From Deltaproteobacteria bacterium (lineage in GTDB: Bacteria > Desulfobacterota > Binatia > UBA12015): 17,633 bases of DNA. The notes beneath the pieces are model-generated. The model made no database searches and had not been told where the DNA came from. It saw nothing but the letters and a program-made list of their open reading frames with translations. The stretch is from contig JAYGCM010000026.1 of the NCBI GenBank assembly GCA_046583355.1, forward strand, positions 1 to 17,633, given 5' to 3'. Each line of letters starts with the position of its first letter. Position 1 is the stretch's first letter. The position numbers were made by a program, and so were the translations under genes. Shown one piece after another: positions 8,063 to 16,594 of this stretch.

Positions 8063-8733
8063 TCGGTAACGATATCGTCGATCTCGACGATCCGGAGACG
8101 GCGGCGGAGGTCCTCCATCCCCGCTTCGACCAGCGTGTTTTCACGCATGGCGAGCGGGAATGGATCGAGTCCGCTGCGGATTCCAAGCGAGCGCGCTGGA
8201 CACTCTGGGCGGCCAAGGAGGCGGCCTGGAAGGCGTTGGCGCAGCGATTCCCGGAGCGCGGATTCTCGCCGCGAGGCCTCGAGGTGGAGCCGGGACCAGG
8301 CGGTCGCGCGACGGTCACGGCGGCCGAGGCTCGTCTCTTCGTTCGCTTCGATTCCAGCCCCGCAGCATGTTTCTTTCGGGGCAGCGCAGGACGCGCATCG
8401 TCGGGTGGCGTGCCGCCCGCATCGACTGCGAATTCGATTCATGCCATCGCAAGCTTTGAGGAGATGTTGGCGGTGTCGCATATTCGACAATTGGCAGTGG
8501 GCGCCGAGCATGCTGCGGACCTCCCGAGCCGGGCCGTGCGCGTGCTTGCCTGTACGCAGCGGGCGCTTGAGATCGGCGTGGCGGTGGGCCGACTCACGGT
8601 AGCGCGCGGCCGCGGCGGCGCGCCGCAATTTCGCCTGGACGATGCGGTCCTTCCGGGCGCCTTGAGTTTCTCGCACCATGGTCGCTTGGTCGCGGCCGTG
8701 TGGACCCAGACTCCTTGCGCGGAGGCCGCATGA
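8059..8733 (+). CDS. 4'-phosphopantetheinyl transferase (AcpS/Sfp superfamily, 224 aa)
   Basis: MIGNDIVD, RVFTHGE, WAAKEAAWKA, GAPQF and SFSHHG motifs. Start at the ATGA overlap 8059-8062 after GAGGAG SD. Confidence 0.88.
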   Translation: MIGNDIVDLDDPETAAEVLHPRFDQRVFTHGEREWIESAADSKRARWTLWAAKEAAWKALAQRFPERGFSPRGLEVEPGPGGRATVTAAEARLFVRFDSSPAACFFRGSAGRASSGGVPPASTANSIHAIASFEEMLAVSHIRQLAVGAEHAADLPSRAVRVLACTQRALEIGVAVGRLTVARGRGGAPQFRLDDAVLPGALSFSHHGRLVAAVWTQTPCAEAA

Positions 8734-11700
8734 GAGAGATCCGGCGCTTGGCGATCGTGAATCGCGGCGAAGCCGCGATTCGTTGCTTGCGCTCGGCCAA
8801 GGCATTGCGCCAACGCGAGGCATCGGACCTGCGCACGATTGCTCTCTATACGTCGGCCGAGCGTGACGCGCCCTTTGTTCGTCAAGCAGATATAGCCGTC
8901 GAGCTCGCTTCGCGCGCGACACCCGTCGCCTCTTGGCTCGATCATGAGGTGCTACTCGAGGCCCTGCGCGCAAGCGGCGCCGACGCCGTCTGGCCGGGGT
9001 GGGGTTTTGTTGCCGAGGACGCCGCCTTCGTCGAGCGTCTCGAGGAAGCCGGCATTCTCTTTCTCGGCCCGTCGGCGGCGACGATGCGCCGCCTGGGTGA
9101 CAAGATCGCGGCCAAACAACTCGCCGAATCGGTCGATGTTCCAGTCACGCAATGGAATGGACAGGTTCTACGCGATGCGGACGAGGCCCTCCTGGAGGCG
9201 CGCCAGATCGGTTTTCCGGTGGTGATCAAGGCATCGGCCGGCGGCGGTGGGCGCGGAATCCGCATGGTGCACCGCGAAGAAGACCTGGTTGCGGCGTTCC
9301 GTTCGGCCGGCTCCGAGGCAAGTTCAGCCTTCGGCGATGGGCGGCTATTTGTCGAGGCCTGCGTCACCGGCGGCCGTCATATCGAAGTCCAGATTATCGG
9401 CGATACGCACGGCAATGTGCTGGCGCTGGGGTGTCGGGATTGTTCGGTGCAGCGTCGGCACCAGAAGGTTCTGGAAGAGGCACCGCCGCCCGGACTTGCC
9501 GCCGAGACGATCGCGCGACTCGAAGAGGCGGCCGTGCGGCTCGGGCAAGCGGTTGCCTATGTCGGTGTTGGCACGGTGGAATTTCTGGTTGCCGACGGCG
9601 AGGCATTTTTCCTTGAGGTGAACCCGCGTTTGCAGGTGGAGCATGGCCTCACCGAGTTGCTCACCGGGCTTGATCTGGTCGAGTTGCAGATTCGCGTCGC
9701 GCGCGGCGAGAGTCTCGCCGGCGTGCAGGTCGCCGCGCGCGGTGCGGCGATTGAGGCCCGCATCTGTGCCGAGGACCCGGCCGCCGGTTTCCTGCCGGCA
9801 CCGGGGCGCGTCGCACTCTTCGACCCGCCCACCGGCCCGGGTCTGCGGGTCGATAGTGGCGTGGTTGTCGGGAGCGAGGTCTCGCCGGATTTCGATTCGC
9901 TGATTGCCAAGGTGATCGCCTACGGCCCGGAGCGCGAAGCCGCGCTCGCTCGCCTGCGTCCGGCGCTGATGGATTTTGATTTGGTGATTGATGGCGGGGC
10001 GACCAACAAGGGCTTTCTTTTGCAGGTCCTCGACGACCCGGAATTTGCGGCTGGCGGCGTCGATACGGGCTGGCTCGAGCGCCGGCTGGCCCGCGGCCTT
10101 GAGGTTGACCCCGAGTGTCGTCGCGACGCGCTGGTTGCCGCCGCGATCCTATCTTACCAGCGGAGCCGCTCACTCGCGCGACTGAATTTTTTTGGCGATA
10201 CATCTTCGCTCGACCCGAATCGGGTGCCGCGCTCGGAGGGGCAGAGCGTCCAACTCAGCTCTGGTGGCCTCGATTACGAATTGCAGGTCTTCGGTACGCG
10301 CGCGTGGCAATACCGTGTCCGGCTCGGCGCGGGCGAGGTCGCTGCGGGGCTGCGCGGCGTGGGCGATCATGGCGCCTTGCTCGAGACCGAAGGCCGGCGC
10401 CGGCGGATTGTATATTGCGTCGACGAGGCCGGCTTGCGCCTTGAGGTCGATGGCATTCCCTTCACTTTTTCCTGGCATGGCGCCGGTCGTGTGCGCGCGG
10501 CGACGCCGGCGTTGGTGGTTTCGGTCGATGTGGCTGTCGGTGACCGCGTCGAGGCCGACGATGCTCTGGGAATCGTCGAGGCGATGAAGATGGAGATCGC
10601 CTTTCGCGCGCCGATCGCGGGTATTGTCCGCGAGGTGGCGGTTCGGCCCGGCCAATCCATTCGGGCCGGCGATCTTCTGGTTGTGCTTGAGCAGGCGGTC
10701 GCCGGCGCGCAAGCCCCGCCACAGCCTTGTGTCGAGTTCCCGACAACGTCGCTGGGAAAGGGTGTTTCACGCGACGAAGTCGCCAGCATGCTGCTCGGCT
10801 TCGATATGGAGCCGGCCCGCGGCGAGGAGTTGGTTCGTTGGATCGAGCCTGGTGGCAGCGAATCCCTGCCGGCCGGCGAGGGCGAATTGGCGAGCCTGCG
10901 TGAGGAACTCAGGCTTTACGCCGATACCGAGGAACTTTTCTTGCGCACGCCCGCACCGGGCGAGGAGGCCGCGCTCTCGAACGAGGCCCTGTTGCGTCGC
11001 TACGTTCGGCGCATGCGCTCCGGAGGCGAGGGGCTCGACGGGCGCTTTCTCGCCCGGATCGAAAGTGCGCTGGCCCTGTATGGCGTCGACAAATATAGCC
11101 CCGGTATCGCGCTGGAGCGTGCGCTCTTCCGTCTCTTCGCCGCCCAGCGCTCTGCCGCCCTGCGCCACCGGCTGGCGCAGGCCTTGGTGCGCCGCCTGGA
11201 GGCGCTGGCGGGAGCCGGCCTCGGCCTGCGCCGACGCGATGATCTGGCCGATATCCTGACGCGCATTGCCGCCATGCGTGGTCAGGTTCCGGAAGCTCTG
11301 GCCGATGCCGCCATCGAGGCACATTACGCCATCTTTGATGAACCACGCCTGCGCCGCCGTCTGGCCCGGCCGCAGGAAGACGAGGGCGATAGCGATGCCG
11401 TTCGCACGGCGCTCTCGCGGCTGGCGGCCTTTGCCTGCGAGCGCCTGCCGGCGCCGCGTGGGCTCGCGTCGGTCTTTGCCCGTGATCGCAAGAACTCGGG
11501 GGATGAGCGCATTTTCGTCGTTGCGGAAGTCCGCGGCCGCCGCCACCGCACAGGAAGGCTGACCCGATTGCACCTCGCCGCTTTTCAGAGTGCTTTCAAC
11601 GACGCGACAAAGCTTCTGCGTGCCGTACTCGCCGAGCGCGACCCGCAGAGCCGGCTGCAATGGAACCGCATTTTGCTGATTGTCGAGCCCGATATTTTCC

Positions 11701-13601
11701 TTGTCCCGGGCGTTGTGGACGAATTGGTGCGTCGGCTTGCTCCGGCGACGCGGCGGCTCGGGCTGGAGAAAGTTCTGGTGCAATTCTCACGCCTCGATCC
11801 GGAGCGGCCCGAGGCGAAGGGCGTACCAACCGAGTTGGTGGTCTCTGACCTGACCGGCAACCGCCTTGAGATCGAATTGCGCGCACCGAGCGAGGCGGCA
11901 CTCGAGCCGCAGACCGCCTACGAGCGGCGGGTCGCCGAAGCGCGGCGCCGCAACCTTTTGCCGCCGCATGAGATCGTGCGCCTCTTCGGCGATTCGTTCG
12001 AGGAATATGATCTGGACGCGGCCGCCGAAGCACCACTGCTGCGCAGCGTCGTGGGCCGCGCGCCGGGCGAACATGACGCCGCTGTCGTGGTGGGCGTCCT
12101 GTCGTCGTGCACCGAAGAGATCCCGGAAGGTATGCGCCGCGTCGTGATCGTATCGGACCCGACCCGCGGCATGGGCGCGCTGGGCCCGGCTGAATGTGAT
12201 CGGATCGTGGCGGCGATCAACCTGGCCGAGCGCGAGGCTTTGCCCGTGGAATGGCTGCCGATCTCCGCCGGGGCGCGTATCGCGATGGAGAGTGGAACCG
12301 AGAACCTCGACGCCACAGCCCGGGTCGTGCGCCGGATCGTGACTTTCACGCAGGCCGGCGGCACGATCCATATCGTCGTGAACGGCGTGAATGTGGGTGC
12401 GCAGAGCTATTGGGATGCGCTGGCGACCATGCTCTCGCATTGCAAGGGAATTCTAATCATGACGCCAAGCGGCTCTATGGTGCTCACGGGCCGTGCGGCG
12501 CTCGAAGCCGCCGGTTCGGTCGCGGCCGAGGACGAGATTGCCATCGGTGGCTATGAGCGCATGGCCGGGCCCAATGGGGAGGCGCAGTATTTCGCTCGCG
12601 ATCTCGCCGAAGCGAGCCGAATCCTCAAGGCCTATTATCGGGTTTCGTATATCGTGCCGGGCGAGACGCGCCCGCGCCCGCGCCGCAGTGAAGACCCGCC
12701 CGAACGCAATATTTGCACGACTTCCTATGCGGCCGAGAACGGCGAGGCCTTCAGGACCATCGGCGAGATCTTCGCCGAAGCGACCAACCCGGGCCGCAAG
12801 AAGCCCTTCGCGATGCGCAACCTGATGCGGGCATTGATCGATGTCGACGGCGAACCCTTGGAGCGTTGGCGCGATTGGGAAGGTGCGGAGACGACGATTG
12901 TCTGGGACGCGCACCTGGGCGGCCGTCCGATCTCGTTGATCGGAATTGAAAGTCGCAACCAGATTCGCCAAGGCTATCGGTCGTTGGACGGGCCGGCGGA
13001 GTGGACTGGCGGCACGCTCTTTCCGCTCTCCTCGCGCAAGCTCTCGCGCTCGCTGAACACGGCCAGCGGCAACCGTCCGGTTGTCGTGCTGGCGAACCTC
13101 TCGGGTTTTGACGGATCGCCGGAGTCGATGCGCCGCCTGCAACTCGAATTCGGCGCGGAGATTGCCCGCGCGGTGGTGAATTTCGCAGGGCCGATCCTTT
13201 TCCTCGTGGTCTCGCGTTATCATGGCGGCGCCTATGTCGTTTTCTCACAGGAGCTGAACGACTCGCTGCGCGCCTCGGCCCTGCACGGCTCGCATGCCTC
13301 GGTGATCGGCGGTGCCGCGGCGGCCCAGGTGGTCTTTACTCGTGAGGTCGAGAAGCGGGCCCGCCAGGCCGCTGAGGTGGCGGCGGCTCGGGAGGCGCAT
13401 GAGACCGCGCCGAGCGCGCAGGCTCGCGCGGCGCTGGACCGTGCTTTGGACGAGGCCCGCCTCGCAGCCCGCCTGGAAGTCGCCGCAGAATTTGATGCCA
13501 TCCACTCGGTCGAACGCGCCCGCAAAGTTCATTCGCTCACCGATATCGTCGATCCCACCACGATGCGCCGCTATCTGATCGATCTTCTCGCACAGGATTG
13601 A
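8730..13601 (+). CDS. Single-chain multidomain biotin-dependent acyl-CoA carboxylase (BC-BCCP-central domain-CT, 1623 aa)
   Basis: BC: NRGEAA, PGWGFVAED, GGGGRG, RDCSVQRRHQK, EVNPRLQVEH. BCCP: EAMKME (Lys620, 10587-10589). CT: ISAGARIAM, LANLSGFDGSPESM, YHGGAYVV. ATGA overlap with the PPTase, GGAGG SD. Confidence 0.93.
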   Translation: MREIRRLAIVNRGEAAIRCLRSAKALRQREASDLRTIALYTSAERDAPFVRQADIAVELASRATPVASWLDHEVLLEALRASGADAVWPGWGFVAEDAAFVERLEEAGILFLGPSAATMRRLGDKIAAKQLAESVDVPVTQWNGQVLRDADEALLEARQIGFPVVIKASAGGGGRGIRMVHREEDLVAAFRSAGSEASSAFGDGRLFVEACVTGGRHIEVQIIGDTHGNVLALGCRDCSVQRRHQKVLEEAPPPGLAAETIARLEEAAVRLGQAVAYVGVGTVEFLVADGEAFFLEVNPRLQVEHGLTELLTGLDLVELQIRVARGESLAGVQVAARGAAIEARICAEDPAAGFLPAPGRVALFDPPTGPGLRVDSGVVVGSEVSPDFDSLIAKVIAYGPEREAALARLRPALMDFDLVIDGGATNKGFLLQVLDDPEFAAGGVDTGWLERRLARGLEVDPECRRDALVAAAILSYQRSRSLARLNFFGDTSSLDPNRVPRSEGQSVQLSSGGLDYELQVFGTRAWQYRVRLGAGEVAAGLRGVGDHGALLETEGRRRRIVYCVDEAGLRLEVDGIPFTFSWHGAGRVRAATPALVVSVDVAVGDRVEADDALGIVEAMKMEIAFRAPIAGIVREVAVRPGQSIRAGDLLVVLEQAVAGAQAPPQPCVEFPTTSLGKGVSRDEVASMLLGFDMEPARGEELVRWIEPGGSESLPAGEGELASLREELRLYADTEELFLRTPAPGEEAALSNEALLRRYVRRMRSGGEGLDGRFLARIESALALYGVDKYSPGIALERALFRLFAAQRSAALRHRLAQALVRRLEALAGAGLGLRRRDDLADILTRIAAMRGQVPEALADAAIEAHYAIFDEPRLRRRLARPQEDEGDSDAVRTALSRLAAFACERLPAPRGLASVFARDRKNSGDERIFVVAEVRGRRHRTGRLTRLHLAAFQSAFNDATKLLRAVLAERDPQSRLQWNRILLIVEPDIFLVPGVVDELVRRLAPATRRLGLEKVLVQFSRLDPERPEAKGVPTELVVSDLTGNRLEIELRAPSEAALEPQTAYERRVAEARRRNLLPPHEIVRLFGDSFEEYDLDAAAEAPLLRSVVGRAPGEHDAAVVVGVLSSCTEEIPEGMRRVVIVSDPTRGMGALGPAECDRIVAAINLAEREALPVEWLPISAGARIAMESGTENLDATARVVRRIVTFTQAGGTIHIVVNGVNVGAQSYWDALATMLSHCKGILIMTPSGSMVLTGRAALEAAGSVAAEDEIAIGGYERMAGPNGEAQYFARDLAEASRILKAYYRVSYIVPGETRPRPRRSEDPPERNICTTSYAAENGEAFRTIGEIFAEATNPGRKKPFAMRNLMRALIDVDGEPLERWRDWEGAETTIVWDAHLGGRPISLIGIESRNQIRQGYRSLDGPAEWTGGTLFPLSSRKLSRSLNTASGNRPVVVLANLSGFDGSPESMRRLQLEFGAEIARAVVNFAGPILFLVVSRYHGGAYVVFSQELNDSLRASALHGSHASVIGGAAAAQVVFTREVEKRARQAAEVAAAREAHETAPSAQARAALDRALDEARLAARLEVAAEFDAIHSVERARKVHSLTDIVDPTTMRRYLIDLLAQD

Positions 13602-13632
13602 GGGGTGCCGCGAAGGCAGATAGGCGTGTGAA

Positions 13633-15663
13633 ATGATCGCTGCGCCCCGAGCCGATTTCGTTGTGACGTTCTTGCTTTGCCTGGGAATGCTGGGTGGCTG
13701 CGAGCCGGCCACCCAAGCTCCCAGCGAAACCGCCCATGCCAGGCCGCTTCTGACACCGGATGGGCCCGACCTCTGGGCGCATCCCGAGATCAAGGCCGAG
13801 CTTCTGCTGGATCGTGAGGTGGCGCGCCATTCCTCGGACGGCGGCGGCGTGGCGTCGGTTCAGGTTGTGGGCCAGCAAGCGTCGGAGCCGATTTTGGCAG
13901 GCAGCCGCGCGAGCTTCACGATCGATTACGTTGCCGGGCCCGAAGGCATTGCCCGCGGTGGCGCGGTTTTTTTGCAGGTCTCTCCCTTCTGGGGTTGGGA
14001 GGCGCCGCAGGTCCGGGGCGGGCAGGCCGGTGGCTTCACCACCGTCTCGACCGAAGCCGAGGGCGTGACACTCGAGCCGCGCCCGCTTGGCCAGGGCCTG
14101 ATGCAGATCGAGATCGGCGGGCGCGCTCTGCTGGCTGGCGAGAAGATCCGAATCGACTACGGCGTGGGCCCCGCGCAGGCGCGGGTGGATCGCTTTGCGG
14201 AGAGTGGCTCGCGCTTCTGGATTGCGGTGGACGGCGACGGCGACGGCGTCCGCAAGCTCATCCGCCATTCCCCTTCGGTCGATATCGTCGCGCGCCAGGC
14301 GGCCCGCCTGCATCTGGCCTTGCCCGGCTCGGCGGCGCCCGAAACCGTGGTGCGGCTGACCATTGCCTTGCTCGATACTGCCGGAAACTCCGGCATGCCC
14401 TTTAGCGGTCGGGTCGAGTTGGAGGTTGCGGACGATGTATCCGGCATGACACTTCCCGCCGAGGTGGTCTTCGTGCCGGCCGATCTTGGTCGGCGTACCA
14501 TCGAGGTCGCGGTAGGCGAGGCGGGGATCTACCGCGTCTCGGGTGTCGCCCGGCGCAAGGGCAGCGACCAGCCCGGCCCGGCCGCGCAAAGCAATCCGCT
14601 GGTGGTGGATACGGCCCAGGAGGGCGTGTTGCTCTGGGGAGATTTGCAGGTCCATACCCAGCTCTCTGACGGCTCCGGGACCACCCTCGAGAGTTTGGAA
14701 TATGCGCGTGACGCAGCCGGCCTCGATGTGGTCGCGCTCACCGACCACGACCATTGGGGACTCGAAGCGCTGGATGATTTCCCCACGCTTTGGCAGGCGC
14801 AGCTGGCCGAGGTGGAGAAATTCCATGTGCCTGGTCGCTTCGTCACCATCCCCGCCTTTGAGTGGACCAATTGGGTGGAGGGCCACCGTCATGTGCTTTT
14901 CTTTGATGGTGCCACGCCGCGCCTCTTGAGCTCTTTGGACCCGCGCTTCGATACACCGGACAAGCTTTGGGCTGCGCTCAAGGGAGAGAACGCGATGACC
15001 ATCGCGCATCATAGCGCGGGCGGACCTGTGCCGATCGATTGGTCGATCCGGCCCGACGAGGTTCTCGAGCCGGTGACGGAGATCGTCTCGGTGCATGGCT
15101 CGAGCGAATCGGCCGATTCATCGCATCCGATCTACAAGGCGAAACCTGGTAATTATGTTCGCGACGCCCTGGATCTTGGCTACCGTCTCGGTTTTCTCGG
15201 CAGCAGCGACGGGCATGACGGGCATCCGGGGCTGTCGCAGATCGCCAATGGTGGCAAGAGCGGCCTGGCAGGGATCTGGACGCAGGGCGAGGAGCCGCGC
15301 AGCCGAGCGGCGGTGGCCGCGGCGCTGCGTAGTCGGAATGTATATGCGACTAGCGGGCCGCGGATCTATCTGGAGGTCACGCTCGATGGCCTGCCGATGG
15401 GGAGCGTTTTGGACGGTGCCGCGGCGGGCGAGGACGGCGGCACACAGATCTTGCGTTGGATGGTGGCTGCCGAGGCACCGGTCGAGCGGATCGAAATTTT
15501 CCGCCGCGATGCGGCGGCGGTCTCGCTGGCCGGCGACGGGAGCCGGGACCTGGCTGGTGAAATCGAGCTACCGAGCCTCGCTCCGGGCGATTGGCTCTAT
15601 CTGCGCGTTTTGCAGCGCGATGGTGGTACGGCTTGGGCGAGCCCCTTCTTCGTCCTGCCCTGA
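13633..15663 (+). CDS. CehA/McbA-like (PHP-fold) metallohydrolase, probable lipoprotein (676 aa)
   Basis: Hydrophobic signal ending in lipobox-like LGGC (Cys23). PHP-type motifs WGDLQVHT..SDG, LTDHDH, AFEWT..GHRHV, IAHH, EIVSVHG, GFLGSSDGHDG, YATSGPRI, AWASPFF. Confidence 0.8.
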   Translation: MIAAPRADFVVTFLLCLGMLGGCEPATQAPSETAHARPLLTPDGPDLWAHPEIKAELLLDREVARHSSDGGGVASVQVVGQQASEPILAGSRASFTIDYVAGPEGIARGGAVFLQVSPFWGWEAPQVRGGQAGGFTTVSTEAEGVTLEPRPLGQGLMQIEIGGRALLAGEKIRIDYGVGPAQARVDRFAESGSRFWIAVDGDGDGVRKLIRHSPSVDIVARQAARLHLALPGSAAPETVVRLTIALLDTAGNSGMPFSGRVELEVADDVSGMTLPAEVVFVPADLGRRTIEVAVGEAGIYRVSGVARRKGSDQPGPAAQSNPLVVDTAQEGVLLWGDLQVHTQLSDGSGTTLESLEYARDAAGLDVVALTDHDHWGLEALDDFPTLWQAQLAEVEKFHVPGRFVTIPAFEWTNWVEGHRHVLFFDGATPRLLSSLDPRFDTPDKLWAALKGENAMTIAHHSAGGPVPIDWSIRPDEVLEPVTEIVSVHGSSESADSSHPIYKAKPGNYVRDALDLGYRLGFLGSSDGHDGHPGLSQIANGGKSGLAGIWTQGEEPRSRAAVAAALRSRNVYATSGPRIYLEVTLDGLPMGSVLDGAAAGEDGGTQILRWMVAAEAPVERIEIFRRDAAAVSLAGDGSRDLAGEIELPSLAPGDWLYLRVLQRDGGTAWASPFFVLP

Positions 15664-15703
15664 GGGCCGAGCCTCCAGGGAGCGCGTGTCTCTGCGGACA
15701 AGC

Positions 15704-15985
15704 TCAGGGCGTGGCCGGCAGCACTTCGGCGGCGCGCGCGGTTTCTTTCGCGGCGTTTTGCGTGTCTACGTAGCCGCGACAATCGAGCAGGCTGCAGGAA
15801 ATGCGTGCGGTGAGCACGATCGCGGTTGCCAGAGCCAGGAAGCCGCCGACAAAGACGACCGCCACGAGCAATCCCTTGCGCGGGCGGCCCTCGGTGGTTT
15901 GCGAATCAAGGGCGTGCCAGGCCCCTACGGCGGCGATGATCATCAGGACCAGGGAGCCGATCAGCGTGAGCGCAGAATTGTCCAT
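15704..15985 (-). CDS. Small hypothetical membrane protein, two TM helices (93 aa)
   Basis: Two hydrophobic runs (LTLIGSLVLMIIAAVGAW; GLLVAVVFVGGFLALATAIVL) separated by a basic loop GRPRK. Fills the gap between neighbouring genes without overlap. Confidence 0.65.
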   Translation of the reverse strand: MDNSALTLIGSLVLMIIAAVGAWHALDSQTTEGRPRKGLLVAVVFVGGFLALATAIVLTARISCSLLDCRGYVDTQNAAKETARAAEVLPATP

Positions 15986-16020
15986 TGGCGAAGTTTTAGA
16001 GGCTCCGCTGAGAAGTGCAA
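15986..16020 (-). promoter_or_regulatory. Putative leaderless sigma70-type promoter of the small membrane protein gene
   Basis: TTGCAC-N17-AAAACT-N6-ATG on the - strand; no SD. Confidence 0.4.
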
Positions 16021-16048
16021 CGACAATCGAGCGCCGCAGCCGGGTCGC

Positions 16049-16594
16049 TCAGGAGGCCGCGACGAGTTTTGCCGGGATGTCGAGGCGCAGGGCGGGACGG
16101 GGTTCGCGGGCGCGTGCGATGGCCCAGGCGGTCGAGGGGAAGGCGAGTTCATTCCAGGGGATATCTTTCCAGAGGAATAATTTGACCGCCGTACTCTCGG
16201 CGGGCGGGCCGATCTCGTCGCTATGCAGCCGCGCGCGGTAGATGATCTCGACGACTGCTTTATGCGGCGCGCTGAAGACGCCGAGCAACTCGATGACGCT
16301 TACCCGCGCCTGGGTCTCTTCCAATGTCTCGCGGATCGCTCCTTGTTCGGCCGTCTCGTCGCGCTCCAGATGGCCGGCCGGGTGCGTCCAGAGCCCCTTG
16401 CCAGGGGCGATGGCTCGCCGGCAAAGGAGGATGCGGTCCTCAAAGGTCGCCAAGGTACCAACCACCACCTTGGGGTTGTGGTAGTCGATGAAACCGCAGT
16501 CGCCGCAGACGCGCCGCTTGCGATCATCTCCGGTGGGGACCTGTCAAATAAAATTACTCGGCAGGGTGGGCTCGGGGGTATCGGCAAGGGACAT
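16049..16594 (-). pseudogene. Nudix hydrolase (N-terminal CxxC subfamily) interrupted by an in-frame TGA at codon 17
   Basis: Hand translation from ATG 16594 gives [47 protein letters not shown], in frame with the ORF track 16049..16468. TGA at 16546-16544. Intact Nudix box GHLERDETAEQGAIRETLEE; C-terminal IPWNELAFPS. Confidence 0.75.

Noticed and set aside
3337..13601. Assignment as an aryl polyene, ladderane or aromatic type II PKS cluster
   Set aside because: No chain-length-factor partner, radical SAM enzyme, AMP ligase, cyclase, glycosyltransferase or MMPL gene is present.
14230..14247. (GACGGC)x3 tandem repeat as a phase-variation or repeat element
   Set aside because: Short, in frame, and explained by the DGDGDG peptide.
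13537..15096. Long antisense or alternative-frame ORFs (519 aa here; also 141..1130, 4772..5704, 10767..11783, 15095..16180)
   Set aside because: Shadow ORFs expected in high-GC coding DNA; no recognisable motifs, and they overlap well-supported genes.
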